A DNA stretch of 44,117 nucleotides. Source: Candidatus Zixiibacteriota bacterium. Its GTDB lineage: Bacteria; Zixibacteria; MSB-5A5; GN15; FEB-12. The stretch covers positions 1 through 44,117 of the forward strand of contig JBGSIV010000138.1 of assembly GCA_041742355.1 (NCBI GenBank), read 5' to 3'. The notes under the pieces were generated by a model, which searched no databases, was not told where the DNA came from, and saw nothing but the letters and a program-made list of their open reading frames with translations. Shown in pieces: positions 9,542 to 20,452 of the stretch. The position numbers and the translations under genes were made by a program. Positions within the stretch are counted from its first letter, which is position 1, and each line of letters starts with the position of its first letter.

Positions 9542-10535
9542 CAGACCGTCTGCAATCGCGCCCCCCATACATGAGATCCGCCATCTGTTGGAGCGCAGCC
9601 GCCGTGTGCTCGTAGCGTCGCATATCGATCCCGACGGCGACGCGATCGGGACCCAATTGGCGTTTGGCGCTTTCCTGCGGCATCTGGGCAAGGAAGTCTA
9701 CCTCGTTCGGGAAGCCGAAGCACCTGCGAAGTATCGCTTTCTGACCGGTGTCGATCAAATCCGGCCGTTTGATGAGTTTACCACGGACTTCGCCGTTGAC
9801 ACTGCCGTCGTGCTGGAGTGCCCGACGATCGATCGGGTGGGCCGGGCGGCCTGCTTTCTCACTGGCGAAGTGCAGATTCTCAATATCGACCACCATTACG
9901 ATTCCGGCAGTTTCGGCACGGTCAATTGGATCGATCCGACCAAGTCGTCGGTCGGAGAGATGGCGTTCGAGCTGTTCGACGAGTACGGCTACGCGTTTCC
10001 GGGCGAGGTCGCCGAGCATCTGTACACGGCGATCCTGACTGACACCGGTCGTTTCCGGTTTCCCTCAACGTCTCCGCGGACGATGGAGATTGTCGGCCGA
10101 TTGATCGGCGCCGGAGCGAATCCGAAAAAGATTACCGATGATGTTTATTTCCGGCTCAGCGCGCCCACGATGAAGCTGATGGGGCGAGTTCTGTCGACTA
10201 TCGAGTTCCATGATGGCGATACCATTTGTCTCCTCAGCCTGACGAAGCAGATGCTCGACGAGACCGGCGCGGATCTGTCGGATTCGGATGGGCTGGTTGA
10301 TTTTGCCATGTTCTGCGACACGGTTGAGATCGGCGGGCTGCTTAAGGAAAACAACGGCCGCACGCGCGTGTCACTGCGGTCGAGGGACTCGATTAATATC
10401 GCTGATGTCGCGGCGGAGTACGGTGGCGGCGGCCATTTCAACGCCGCCGGCTGCACTATTCCGTCCGAGCTGGCTGATGCGCGCAAACACCTGATAGAGG
10501 TTTTGAAGAGTGCCCGGCGGTCCAAGAGAAAATAG
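9534..10535 (+). CDS. nrnA: DHH/DHHA1 phosphoesterase (NrnA-like oligoribonuclease/PAP phosphatase)
   Basis: HIDPDGDAIG, IDHH, TDTGRF, SLRS, GGGGHFNAAG. ATG 9534 overlaps the end of rbfA. Confidence 0.9.
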   Translation: MTDRPSAIAPPIHEIRHLLERSRRVLVASHIDPDGDAIGTQLAFGAFLRHLGKEVYLVREAEAPAKYRFLTGVDQIRPFDEFTTDFAVDTAVVLECPTIDRVGRAACFLTGEVQILNIDHHYDSGSFGTVNWIDPTKSSVGEMAFELFDEYGYAFPGEVAEHLYTAILTDTGRFRFPSTSPRTMEIVGRLIGAGANPKKITDDVYFRLSAPTMKLMGRVLSTIEFHDGDTICLLSLTKQMLDETGADLSDSDGLVDFAMFCDTVEIGGLLKENNGRTRVSLRSRDSINIADVAAEYGGGGHFNAAGCTIPSELADARKHLIEVLKSARRSKRK

Positions 10536-11466
10536 CTACGACGGCGTCCTGCTGATCAACAAGCCGCTGCACCGCACGAGTCATGATGTCGTGCAGGCGC
10601 TGCGCCGGACTCTCGGCGAGCGGCGGATTGGCCATGTGGGGACGCTCGATCCGCTGGCCGAGGGGTTGCTGGTTGTGTGCATCGGCCGGGCCACGAAGAT
10701 CGTGCGCTTCCTGACCGGACTCGATAAGACCTATGAGGCCGAGATCACGCTGGGGCGGACATCCAGTACATTCGATAGCGAGGGGATCGATCCAAACTGC
10801 CCGGCGGGGCCGGTCACGGATCTCGGTGCGGACCACGTGACCGAGGCATTGCACCGGTTCGAGGGGCGAATTACCCAACAGGTGCCGGCGTACTCGGCGG
10901 TGCGGGTAAACGGTGAGCCGCTCTACAAGAAGGCGCGGCGCGGGGAAGAGGTGGCGCCGCCGACCAGGGAAATAACGATTACGGATATCCGGTTGCTTGG
11001 TTATGATAATCCCCGCGTGCGGGTTTCGGTGACGTGTGCCTCGGGCACCTATATTCGGACGCTGGCCGACGATCTCGGCCGGGTGCTGGGCTGCGGGGCG
11101 TACCTGTCGCACCTTCGGCGGACCCGGGTCGGGCATTTTGATTTAGCCTCCGCGATGACCCTCGAACAGGCGGCCGACGCCCAGGCCGACGGAACCCTGC
11201 GGCAATACCTGCTCAGCTACGGGGATGTCCTCCGGTTCGGGGCGCTCCAGGTAACCGACGAATTTCGGCCGTTTGTGATCCAGGGCCGGACGCCGGCCAA
11301 TGGTGACCTGGCTGGCTGTGAGGGCAGGTTCGTGCCGGGTGATACAGTGCTCCTCAAGGGAATAGATGGAACGGTTCTGGCGGTCGGTCGTTCCGGGGTG
11401 AGCTCGGAGAACCTCTCGGCCGCGGCTGAAAACAGGGTATTTGACTACATTCGGGTGTTGAATTGA
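10510..11466 (+). CDS. truB: tRNA pseudouridine(55) synthase
   Basis: GHVGTLDPLAEG, PAYSAV, SGTYIRTL, LRRTRVG. GTG start is uncertain. Confidence 0.95.
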   Translation: MPGGPRENSYDGVLLINKPLHRTSHDVVQALRRTLGERRIGHVGTLDPLAEGLLVVCIGRATKIVRFLTGLDKTYEAEITLGRTSSTFDSEGIDPNCPAGPVTDLGADHVTEALHRFEGRITQQVPAYSAVRVNGEPLYKKARRGEEVAPPTREITITDIRLLGYDNPRVRVSVTCASGTYIRTLADDLGRVLGCGAYLSHLRRTRVGHFDLASAMTLEQAADAQADGTLRQYLLSYGDVLRFGALQVTDEFRPFVIQGRTPANGDLAGCEGRFVPGDTVLLKGIDGTVLAVGRSGVSSENLSAAAENRVFDYIRVLN

Positions 11467-12446
11467 CGACGACGTTTATCAGAGGTATCCAGAACTTCTC
11501 CAAGCAGGAGGATCAACGGCCGGTGATCGCCACGATCGGCACGTTCGACGGTATCCACCGGGGCCACCGGGAAATATTCCGCCGGGTTCGCGAACAGAGC
11601 GAGCGGGAGAATGCCCGGGCTGTGCTGATCACGTTCCATCCCCACCCCCGGGTCGTCGTGACCCCGGACAACGTACCGCTGCTGTTGACCACGATTGAGG
11701 AGAAAGAGAAGTTCATCCCGGATTTCTTTGACGGTAAGGTGCTGGTACTGGATTTCAACGAGGAGTTAAAAAACATGCCCGCGGACCGATTTGTCCGGGA
11801 TATCCTCGTTGACAGAGTGGGAATTAGGAAGCTTATTGTAGGCTACGATCATGCGCTTGGCAAGAACCGTGAGGGCAACATTGCGGCTCTCCAGGCGCTG
11901 GGTGCCAAGTACGGTTTTGAGGTCGAGGTCGTGGGGCCGGTGGTCGAAGACGGCCAGCCGGTGTCGTCCTCGCGCATCCGTCGGGCCCTGCAGGAGAGCC
12001 GGTTCGATGAGGCGATCCGCCTGCTGGGGCATGAGTATGCCATTTACGGCACGGTAGTGCGTGGGATCGGCCTTGGCCGGAAGCTCGGGTACCCGACGGC
12101 CAATGTGGCGTACAACCAGCGCAAGCTGCTCCCCCACGAGGGAGTGTATGCCTGTTTTGCGCAGATCGGGGATGAGGAGTTCGACGGCATGATGTTTATC
12201 GGCCGGAATCACTTCAACCCGAATGCCGGCGTTACGGTCGAGGCGAACCTGTTTGACTTCGACCGAGATATATACGGACAGGAAATGATCGTGTACCCGA
12301 TTCGTTATGTCCGGATGAACCAGCGGTTCGAATCGAAGGAAGCGTTGGTGGAACAGATCGGTAAAGACAAAGAGATTGTGCTGAACATATTGAAACAGGA
12401 GAAACGGTATGCCGCTCAACAAGGAGCACAAAGTCAAAATCATTGA
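11463..12446 (+). CDS. ribF: Bifunctional riboflavin kinase/FAD synthetase
   Basis: [33 protein letters not shown]. Confidence 0.95.
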   Translation: MTTTFIRGIQNFSKQEDQRPVIATIGTFDGIHRGHREIFRRVREQSERENARAVLITFHPHPRVVVTPDNVPLLLTTIEEKEKFIPDFFDGKVLVLDFNEELKNMPADRFVRDILVDRVGIRKLIVGYDHALGKNREGNIAALQALGAKYGFEVEVVGPVVEDGQPVSSSRIRRALQESRFDEAIRLLGHEYAIYGTVVRGIGLGRKLGYPTANVAYNQRKLLPHEGVYACFAQIGDEEFDGMMFIGRNHFNPNAGVTVEANLFDFDRDIYGQEMIVYPIRYVRMNQRFESKEALVEQIGKDKEIVLNILKQEKRYAAQQGAQSQNH

Positions 12447-12678
12447 GGAGAATCGACTGCACGCATCCGATACCGGGTCGCCGGAAGTCCAGGTTGCGCT
12501 GCTGACGGCTCGCATCAATCATCTCACCGAGCACATGAAGTCGCACAAGAAGGATTTTCACACGCGTCTTGGCCTGCTCAAGCTGGTAGGTCAACGTCGC
12601 CGGCTGCTCGATTACCTTATGGACCGCGATATCGAGAGCTACCGCCAGCTGATCGGCGAGCTCAATCTGCGCCGCTAA
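12409..12678 (+). CDS. rpsO: 30S ribosomal protein S15
   Basis: [43 protein letters not shown]. Confidence 0.98.
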   Translation: MPLNKEHKVKIIEENRLHASDTGSPEVQVALLTARINHLTEHMKSHKKDFHTRLGLLKLVGQRRRLLDYLMDRDIESYRQLIGELNLRR

Positions 12679-12690
12679 GCAGGCGAGGAA

Positions 12691-14901
12691 ATGAAGGATA
12701 TGCCAGAAAAACACAGAATAGAATTTGAACTCGGTGGGCGCACTATGGTCATCGAGCAGGGCTACCTGGCCAAACAGGCCAACGGCGCCGTCACCGTCCA
12801 GTACGGTGAATCGATGGTCGTTTCGACAATTTGCGCGCAACCCGAGCCCAAGACAGGGCAGGACTTTTTTCCGCTAACGGTCGAGTACCGGGAACGGTCA
12901 TACGCGGCGGGGAAGATCCCCGGCGGCTTTTTCAAACGCGAAGGGCGTCCGTCGGAAAAAGAAACACTTGCCTGCCGCATCATCGACCGGCCCATCCGGC
13001 CGCTCTTCCCGAAGGATTTCAGGGGCGAGACGCAGTGCATTACGCTGGTTGTATCGCACGACCAGCAGAATGACACCGACATTCTCGCCCTGATCGGCAC
13101 GGGCGCCGCTATCGCGGTTTCCGACGTGCCGTTCGCGAAGACCATCGCCGGCGCCCGTGTCGGGCGTATCAACGGCGAATTGGTGATCAACCCGACCATC
13201 TCGCAGATGGAAGAGAGCGACATCTACATCACGATGGCCGGTTCAGCCGACGCCATCACGATGGTGGAGGGCGGCGGACGGGAGATTCCGGAAGATGATA
13301 TGGTCGACGCCCTCATGTTCGGGCACGATCACATCAAGCAGATTGTCGCGAAGATCGAAGAACTCAAGGCGATGTGCGGAAAGCCGCAGATGGCCTACAC
13401 ACCGGTGGTTATCGACACCAACCTCGAGACGAAAGTCAAAGAGCTGGCCGGGAAGCGGTACGACGAGTATAACCGGATCGCCGACAAGGAAGCCCGCCGG
13501 GATGCCAAGAAGGCGATGAAGGAAGAGATCGTGGCGGCGCTCGCCGAGGAGTTCCCGGAAGGCACCGGGGCGATCGGCAACATGCTGCACGATCTCGATA
13601 GCGAGTCCATGCGCAATATGATTCTCAATGAGAACACGCGCATCGACGGCCGCACGCCGGATGATATCCGTCAGATCACCTGCGACGTCGGTTTCCTTCC
13701 GCGTGCCCACGGTTCCGCGGTGTTCACCCGCGGCCAGACCCAGGCGCTGGTGGCGGTGACGCTCGGGACCAAGATCGACGAGCAGCGGCTGGACGAACTC
13801 GAAGGCGAGTCGACCAAGAGCTACATGCTCCATTACAACTTCCCGCCGTTCTCGACGGGCGAGACCAAGGGCATGCGCGGCACCGGCCGTCGCGAAGTCG
13901 GCCACGGCGCGCTGGCAGAACGGGCGCTCTTCCCGGTTATCCCGGCTGAAGACAGCTTCCCCTACACGCTGCGCATCGTTTCCGACGTCATGGAGTCCAA
14001 CGGCTCCTCCTCGATGGCTTCCGTGTGCGGCGGTTCGCTGGCGCTTATGGATGCCGGTGTGCCGATCAAGGCGGCCGTTGCGGGTATCGCCATGGGCCTG
14101 ATCAAGGACGGCGACAAGATCGCGATCCTGACCGACATTCTTGGCGACGAGGATCATTTCGGCGACATGGATTTCAAGGTGACCGGCACCTCCGAGGGTA
14201 TCACGGCGATCCAGATGGATATCAAGATCACCGGCCTCGCGGTTGACATCATGCGCCAGGCGTTGCGCAAAGCGCAGCAGGCGCGTCTGAAGATCCTCGA
14301 TATCATGAACGCGGCGATGCCGCGCCATCGGGACCAGCTCTCGCAGTACGCCCCGCGGATCATCACCATCAAGATTGATCCGTCGCGTATTGGCGAGGTG
14401 ATTGGCCCAGGCGGCAAGATCATCCGCGCGATCGTCGAAGAGACGGGCGCCAAGATCGATATCGAAGACGACGGCACGGTGCTGATTGCGTCGGTGGACG
14501 CCGAGGCCGGTATGAAGGCCAAGGCCCGCATCGAGGCGATCACGCAGGAAGCGGAAGTCGGCAAGGTCTACAAGGGAATCGTCCGTCGTGTTGCGGCGTT
14601 CGGCGCCTTTGTCGAGATTTTCCCCGGCACCGAAGGTCTCCTGCATATCTCGGAGATCGACACCCGCCGAATCGAACGGGTTGAGGATATTCTCAAACTC
14701 GGCGACGCGGTCGAGGTCAAGTGCCTGAGTGTCGATTCCGACGGCAAGATCCGCCTGTCGCGTCGCGCCCTTATGGAAGGCGGCGACGAAGAACGCCCAC
14801 CGCGTCCTCCTCGGGACCGTGAAGGCGGAGACGGCGGCGGCCGGGGCGACGGTGGTCGTCGGGGCGGCGGTGGTTTCCGTCGCGAACGCTCAAACCGGTA
14901 G
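12691..14901 (+). CDS. pnp: Polyribonucleotide nucleotidyltransferase
   Basis: DFFPLTV, GKIPGGFFKREGR, ESNGSSSMAS, DHFGDMDFKV, KH and S1 domains. Start may be 12700. Confidence 0.99.
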   Translation: MKDMPEKHRIEFELGGRTMVIEQGYLAKQANGAVTVQYGESMVVSTICAQPEPKTGQDFFPLTVEYRERSYAAGKIPGGFFKREGRPSEKETLACRIIDRPIRPLFPKDFRGETQCITLVVSHDQQNDTDILALIGTGAAIAVSDVPFAKTIAGARVGRINGELVINPTISQMEESDIYITMAGSADAITMVEGGGREIPEDDMVDALMFGHDHIKQIVAKIEELKAMCGKPQMAYTPVVIDTNLETKVKELAGKRYDEYNRIADKEARRDAKKAMKEEIVAALAEEFPEGTGAIGNMLHDLDSESMRNMILNENTRIDGRTPDDIRQITCDVGFLPRAHGSAVFTRGQTQALVAVTLGTKIDEQRLDELEGESTKSYMLHYNFPPFSTGETKGMRGTGRREVGHGALAERALFPVIPAEDSFPYTLRIVSDVMESNGSSSMASVCGGSLALMDAGVPIKAAVAGIAMGLIKDGDKIAILTDILGDEDHFGDMDFKVTGTSEGITAIQMDIKITGLAVDIMRQALRKAQQARLKILDIMNAAMPRHRDQLSQYAPRIITIKIDPSRIGEVIGPGGKIIRAIVEETGAKIDIEDDGTVLIASVDAEAGMKAKARIEAITQEAEVGKVYKGIVRRVAAFGAFVEIFPGTEGLLHISEIDTRRIERVEDILKLGDAVEVKCLSVDSDGKIRLSRRALMEGGDEERPPRPPRDREGGDGGGRGDGGRRGGGGFRRERSNR

Positions 14902-14904
14902 GAC

Positions 14905-16194
14905 ATGGCAGTCACGATCACAAGAAAAACCGCGACGCAGAACTACCGCAAAACAACGCTACCGAACGGACTGAGGATCGTCACTGAGCGGATTCCCTCG
15001 GTCCGTTCTGTTTCGTTGGGCGTGTGGTTCGACGTCGGCTCACGCAATGAGCGGCCGGAAGAAAACGGCATGTCGCACTTCATTGAGCACATGCTGTTCA
15101 AAGGCACGAAGCGTCGCACGGCCATGCAGATAGCCGAGTCGCTCGAAGATGTCGGCGGACACCTGAACGCTTTTACGTCGCGCGAGCAGACCTGCTACAA
15201 CGTGCGGGTGCTCGACGAATTTCTCGGGCTGGCGGTGGATGTCCTCGCGGACATCACCTGCAACTCGACCTTCACGCCCGTGAACATAAAGCGGGAGAAA
15301 CAGGTCATTCTCGAGGAGATCAAGGAGGCGTGGGACACGCCGTCGGACCGCATCCACGACGAGTTCGCCTCGGTCTACTGGGGCGGGCATCCGCTCGGCC
15401 AGCCGATTCTCGGCAGTGCGGAAAACGTGAGCGGATTCTCCCGCGCGAAGGTCCTCGACTACATGCGCCGCCACTACCGGGCCGGCTCGGTCGTCATATC
15501 CGCTGCCGGCAACATCGATCACGCCCGGCTGGTTGACATGGTCCGGGCGAAATTCCGTTTCGCTCCCGGGCGTGCGCAGACGGCCGAAGAGGGTGTCCGA
15601 CCCAAAGCGGCTCCGTTCAGGTTCATTCGGGGGGACGGATCGCAGACTCACCTCTGCCTCGGATTTCCGTCGGTGGCCTACGACAGCCCGGTGAAAACCC
15701 CGGTGCTGGCGCTCAATTCGTACCTCGGCGGCAGCATGTCCTCGGTGATCTTCCAGAAGATCCGTGAAACCAAGGGACTGGCGTATTCGGTGTACACTTT
15801 CGCCGATTTCTACCGTGACACCGGTGTGTTCGGCGCGTATATCGGCACCGACAAGGCGCATGTCGCCGGTGCTCTCGAGATCATTCTGAAAGAGATGGAG
15901 CGGATGAAGCGCCGCAAGATCGATTCCATCAAGCTGGGCACGATCAAGGCGCAGCTCAAGGGGCAGATCATGCTCGGGATGGAATCGACCTCGAGCCGCA
16001 TGAACCGTCTCGGTCGGCACGAGCTGTACCTTGAGCGGTTCCAGCCGTTCTCGGAGACGCTGTCGCTGATCGACCAGATGACGCAGTCGCAGATTATCGA
16101 ATTTGCCAACGAGGCGTTTGACCGATCCAAGCTGACGGTTGTGACGCTCGGACGCGTCCCCCGCCCGGAAATGCGCCAGGTCATCCGGGGGTAG
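14905..16194 (+). CDS. M16B family zinc peptidase (pitrilysin-like)
   Basis: Inverted zinc motif HFIEH, GSRNE, NAFTSREQT, IRETKGLAYSV. Confidence 0.92.
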   Translation: MAVTITRKTATQNYRKTTLPNGLRIVTERIPSVRSVSLGVWFDVGSRNERPEENGMSHFIEHMLFKGTKRRTAMQIAESLEDVGGHLNAFTSREQTCYNVRVLDEFLGLAVDVLADITCNSTFTPVNIKREKQVILEEIKEAWDTPSDRIHDEFASVYWGGHPLGQPILGSAENVSGFSRAKVLDYMRRHYRAGSVVISAAGNIDHARLVDMVRAKFRFAPGRAQTAEEGVRPKAAPFRFIRGDGSQTHLCLGFPSVAYDSPVKTPVLALNSYLGGSMSSVIFQKIRETKGLAYSVYTFADFYRDTGVFGAYIGTDKAHVAGALEIILKEMERMKRRKIDSIKLGTIKAQLKGQIMLGMESTSSRMNRLGRHELYLERFQPFSETLSLIDQMTQSQIIEFANEAFDRSKLTVVTLGRVPRPEMRQVIRG

Positions 16195-16197
16195 GCA

Positions 16198-17004
16198 GTG
16201 ACGGCGGAGGGTCAGTCATCGGGGCATCCGAGGATCCTGACGTTTCATAAGGTGACTCCAGAATTTACGTACGGGTCGACCAACATGTCGCCCGTACGTT
16301 TTCGTTTGCTGCTGGGCGCCCTTCGCGAGGACGGGCGTTCGCTTCTCCCTGTCGAGGATGCGGTGAGAAGTGGGGGAGAGGGGAAGGGAATCGCCATCAC
16401 TTTTGACGACGGTTATCGCCACCTGGCCGAGACTTTGCCGCAACTGATGGAAGAATTCAAGTTCACGCCGACGGTCTTCGTTCCGACTGGTTACATCGGG
16501 CGGGACAACTCCTGGGACTACAGCCACGCGTTTCGCAAAGACCCCCACCTGGATCGACAACAGATTCGTGCACTCGCTTCGCTCGGTGTCCGGTTCGGGA
16601 GCCACGGCCACAGCCATGTCGATCTGGCGCGGTGCGACAACAACCGACTGAAAGACGAGCTGGAGCGATCCAGGTCGATCCTCCAAGATATCACCGGCCG
16701 GCCGGTCACATCGATCAGCTATCCATTCGGCCGGGTCGACTTACGGGTGATCGAGACGGCGGGAGCGGCGGGATACGAGCACGGTTTCACCACGCGTTTC
16801 CCGGCGGTTCCGGACATTTCGCTGGCACGGGGGCGCTACGGGGTGTGGTGTCTGGATACGGCGGGGTCGGTCAGGCGCAAGCTGGGGGAGGGGTGGCCCC
16901 GGCGGATGGAGGCGGCCAAGGCGCGGGTGATCGGCGGTCTCTCGGGAGGCACCGGACTCTGGAACCGGCTGCGGGGTGGGCAGTATGCGGACATGGGTGG
17001 CTAG
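16198..17004 (+). CDS. Polysaccharide deacetylase (CE4/NodB family)
   Basis: ITFDDGY, GSHGHSH, SYPFG. Confidence 0.88.
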   Translation: MTAEGQSSGHPRILTFHKVTPEFTYGSTNMSPVRFRLLLGALREDGRSLLPVEDAVRSGGEGKGIAITFDDGYRHLAETLPQLMEEFKFTPTVFVPTGYIGRDNSWDYSHAFRKDPHLDRQQIRALASLGVRFGSHGHSHVDLARCDNNRLKDELERSRSILQDITGRPVTSISYPFGRVDLRVIETAGAAGYEHGFTTRFPAVPDISLARGRYGVWCLDTAGSVRRKLGEGWPRRMEAAKARVIGGLSGGTGLWNRLRGGQYADMGG

Positions 17005-17084
17005 GTCGCGGGCAAAGTAACCCTTGCTTGCCCCCCGGGATTTTGCTACTTTCGACCCTGTTCTGCAACAAGCGAGGTTTAACG

Positions 17085-19580
17085 ATGGGGAGTCAGAAGA
17101 CCGGAACGATGAAGTTTCCCTACAAAGAAGTCGAAGCCAAGTGGCAGGAGCGCTGGATTACGGAAGGTGTGCACGAAGCGCCCGAATTGCCCAATCCTGA
17201 CCGCAAGTGGTACCAGCTCGAGATGTTCGCGTATCCATCGGGCGATATCCACATGGGGCATTTCCGTAACTACATTATAGGTGACGCGGTCGCCCGCCAG
17301 CAGTTGATGCTCGGCAAGGGTCTGCTTCACCCGTTTGGGTGGGATGCCTTCGGTCTGCCGGCGGAGCGAGCCGCGATCCAGCGGAAGATCCACCCGGCCG
17401 AATGGACAGAGAAGAATGTCGGTGTTTCACGCCGGACTCTCCAGAAGACCGGTGTATCGTTTGACTGGGAACGGGAAATCAACTCGTCCGCGCCCGACTA
17501 CTACAGGTGGACGCAATGGATGTTCATCCAGCTGTTCAAACAGGGGTTGGCCTACCGGAAGCGCGGGTTCGTGAACTGGTGCCCGGAGGACAAGACGGTC
17601 CTGGCCAACGAACAGGTCAAGGACGGCCGATGCGAACGCTGTGGCACGGAAGTGATTAAGAAAGATCAGATCCAGTGGTACTTCAAGATAACCGCCTACG
17701 CCGACCGCCTCATCGATGACCTCGACCAGCTGCCCGGTTGGCCCGAAAACCTCAAGACGATGCAGCGGGAGTGGATCGGGCGCTCGTACGGCGCCGAGAT
17801 TGATTTCACGATCGAGGACACCGGGGAAAAACTGCCGATTTTCACGACCCGTCCGGACACTATCTTCGGCGTGACATTCATGGCCATATCCCCCGAGTCC
17901 GAATTGCTTGAGCGTTTGAACCTTGAGCCCAAGTATGCGGAGGCGGTCAAGGAGTACCGGAAGAAGGCGTTTGCCCGGTCCGATATCGAGCGGGCGGCGA
18001 TCGGCGAGAAAGACGGGGTGTTCACCGGCAAGTATGCGATCAACCCGTTCAACGGCGAACGCGTGCAGCTCTGGATTGCCGACTATGTACTGGCCGGCTA
18101 TGGAACCGGAGCGGTGATGGCGGTCCCGGCGCATGACACCCGTGACTTTGCCTTTGCGAAGAAGTACGGTATCCCTATTAAAGTGGTGATTCACCCGGAT
18201 GCGGATACCACGCTGGATTTCAGCAAGATGGATGACGCGTTTACCGAGTATGGTTCGATGGTCAATTCGGGGCAATTCGATGGCCTCATGGGCCAAGACG
18301 CGATCCAGAGGGTAACCCAATACGGTGAAAAGCAAGGGTTTGGCCGGTCCAAAGTAAACTACAAGTTGAAGGACTGGTCGATCTCGCGGCAACGCTACTG
18401 GGGTTGCCCGATCCCGATTATACACTGCGAGAAGTGCGGCGAAGTTCCTGTGCCGGATGACCAGTTGCCGGTGCTGCTACCGCCGGTGCAGGACTACCTG
18501 CCCAAGGGGCGGTCGCCGCTGGCCGATGTCCAGGAGTACATGAATGTCACGTGTCCGAGCTGCGGCGGGCCGGCGCACCGTGATCCGGACACGATGGATA
18601 CGTTCGTGTGCTCATCCTGGTACTATCTGCGGTACATGGACCCGCACAACACCGAGGCGCCGTTTGACAAGGAAAAGGCGCGGCGGTGGCTCCCGATCGA
18701 CCTGTATATCGGCGGCGTGACGCACGCCACCGGCCACCTTATATACTTCCGGTTCTTCCACAAGTTCCTGCAGGACATCGGCTGGGTATTCTGCCCGGAG
18801 CCGGCGACCCGGATGTTCAACCACGGAATGGTCATGGATGCCAAAGGCGAAGTCATGTCCAAATCCAAGGGGAATGTCGTCTCGCCGATCACGGTTATGG
18901 ACGAGCACGGGGTCGATATCGCCCGGCTGGCCATGTTTTTCACCGCGCCATCGGAGCGAGAGGTTCTCTGGAGCGACGACTCGATCACCGGGGTCGAGAA
19001 ATTCGCTTTGAACAAGATTTGGCCGCTGGCCGAGAGCCTCCGGGGGGCCAAGCCCAACTTAAAGCGTTACTTTAAGCCTGAGGAGTTGTCGGATTTCGAG
19101 CGCCAGGTCTATATCAAGCTGAACCAGACGGTCAAGCGTATCACGGAAGACTACGAGCGGCTGCAGTTCAATACGACAATCTCGGCCCTGATGGAATTGA
19201 CCCGGGAGTTTGATTCCGCCAAGGTCATCCGGGACGAGTTCAACGACTACGTGATCTTGAAGATCATCCAGCTTGCGGCGCCGCTCATGCCGCACATGTG
19301 CGAGGAGCTGTGGGAGATGGCCGGGCATACCGATTCGGTGTTTCGGTCGGAATGGCCTCAGTTCGATCCCGATGCCGTGGTGGGCGATACCATTGAGATA
19401 GCGGTGCAGATTAACGGGAAGCTGCGGGACACGATCCGCGTGGCGATTGATGCCGATCAGGCGGCAGTTGAAGCGGCGGCGTTTGCGGGGGATAAGATCA
19501 CCCGCTTCACCGAGGGGAAGACGATCGTGAAGAAGATCTTTGTGAAGGGGCGGATTCTCAATATTGTAGTGCGAGACTGA
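17085..19580 (+). CDS. leuS: Leucine--tRNA ligase
   Basis: YPSGDIHMGH (HIGH), editing-domain TTRPDT and GTGAVMAVPAHD, WSISRQRYWG, VMSKS. Start 17085 (GAGG RBS) or 17109. Confidence 0.97.
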   Translation: MGSQKTGTMKFPYKEVEAKWQERWITEGVHEAPELPNPDRKWYQLEMFAYPSGDIHMGHFRNYIIGDAVARQQLMLGKGLLHPFGWDAFGLPAERAAIQRKIHPAEWTEKNVGVSRRTLQKTGVSFDWEREINSSAPDYYRWTQWMFIQLFKQGLAYRKRGFVNWCPEDKTVLANEQVKDGRCERCGTEVIKKDQIQWYFKITAYADRLIDDLDQLPGWPENLKTMQREWIGRSYGAEIDFTIEDTGEKLPIFTTRPDTIFGVTFMAISPESELLERLNLEPKYAEAVKEYRKKAFARSDIERAAIGEKDGVFTGKYAINPFNGERVQLWIADYVLAGYGTGAVMAVPAHDTRDFAFAKKYGIPIKVVIHPDADTTLDFSKMDDAFTEYGSMVNSGQFDGLMGQDAIQRVTQYGEKQGFGRSKVNYKLKDWSISRQRYWGCPIPIIHCEKCGEVPVPDDQLPVLLPPVQDYLPKGRSPLADVQEYMNVTCPSCGGPAHRDPDTMDTFVCSSWYYLRYMDPHNTEAPFDKEKARRWLPIDLYIGGVTHATGHLIYFRFFHKFLQDIGWVFCPEPATRMFNHGMVMDAKGEVMSKSKGNVVSPITVMDEHGVDIARLAMFFTAPSEREVLWSDDSITGVEKFALNKIWPLAESLRGAKPNLKRYFKPEELSDFERQVYIKLNQTVKRITEDYERLQFNTTISALMELTREFDSAKVIRDEFNDYVILKIIQLAAPLMPHMCEELWEMAGHTDSVFRSEWPQFDPDAVVGDTIEIAVQINGKLRDTIRVAIDADQAAVEAAAFAGDKITRFTEGKTIVKKIFVKGRILNIVVRD

Positions 19581-19669
19581 GTCTCAGGGCGGCTCGGGGT
19601 TTGGGTTGCTTTGATTCTATCGGTTAGTTAACATAATATTTCTTATAGGACGCAAACACCGGGGTAACC

Positions 19670-20359
19670 ATGAAGCTATCGATCGTCATTCCGGTCTACA
19701 ACGAGGTCTCCACTCTCGAAGAGATCGTTCGGCGGGTTTGCGATTCCCCGGTACCCGACAAGGAGATCATCCTCGTCGATGACTTTTCCACCGACGGCAC
19801 CCGCGACCTCCTTCGTGAAAAGCTCGAGTCGGTTGTGGCGCAGGTGATCTACCAGCCGCGCAACTACGGCAAAGGTTTTGCGTTGAAAACAGGATTCCAG
19901 CATGCCACCGGTGATATCGTCCTAGTCCAGGACGCCGACCTTGAATACGATCCCAACGAATACCCCAAGCTGATCGAGCCGATCGAGCAGGACAAAGCGG
20001 ATGTGGTGTACGGTTCTCGTTTCCAGGGGGGCGGCCCCCACCGCGTGGTCTATTTCTGGCACTATGTCGGCAACCGTTTTCTGACTCTCCTGTCCAACAT
20101 GCTGACCAATATCAACCTGACCGACATGGAAACCTGCTACAAGGTCTTCCGCAGGGACTTAATTCAGTCCATTGACATTGAGGAGAACCGGTTCGGATTC
20201 GAGCCGGAGATCACGGCCAAGCTGGCCAAGCGCCGGGTGCGGATTTACGAAATCGGGATTTCGTACTACGGGCGGACATATGATGAAGGCAAGAAGATCG
20301 GCTGGAAAGACGGGGTCAAGGCGGTCTGGTGTATTATCAAGTACAATCTGTTTCGCTAA
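19670..20359 (+). CDS. Glycosyltransferase family 2 (DPM1-like)
   Basis: [44 protein letters not shown]. Confidence 0.93.
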   Translation: MKLSIVIPVYNEVSTLEEIVRRVCDSPVPDKEIILVDDFSTDGTRDLLREKLESVVAQVIYQPRNYGKGFALKTGFQHATGDIVLVQDADLEYDPNEYPKLIEPIEQDKADVVYGSRFQGGGPHRVVYFWHYVGNRFLTLLSNMLTNINLTDMETCYKVFRRDLIQSIDIEENRFGFEPEITAKLAKRRVRIYEIGISYYGRTYDEGKKIGWKDGVKAVWCIIKYNLFR

Positions 20360-20452
20360 TTTGAGCCGACCTAGGGGACAGGCTCACCTTAAAGTATCAC
20401 TTGAAGCTGCTTCAAGCACCACTTCAGATCCAAATTCTAACGAAGATTGGGA

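Noticed and set aside
3388..14646. Long antisense ORFs (3388-4947, 5131-6648, 6426-7451, 7063-8229, 13243-14646; likewise 22950-24218 and 40744-41547)
   Set aside because: Shadow frames opposite well-conserved genes, expected from high-GC codon bias; no motifs.
16632..17084. Apparent 151-aa N-terminal extension of LeuS
   Set aside because: Overlaps the deacetylase gene in another frame and is low complexity; an RBS-supported start exists at 17085.
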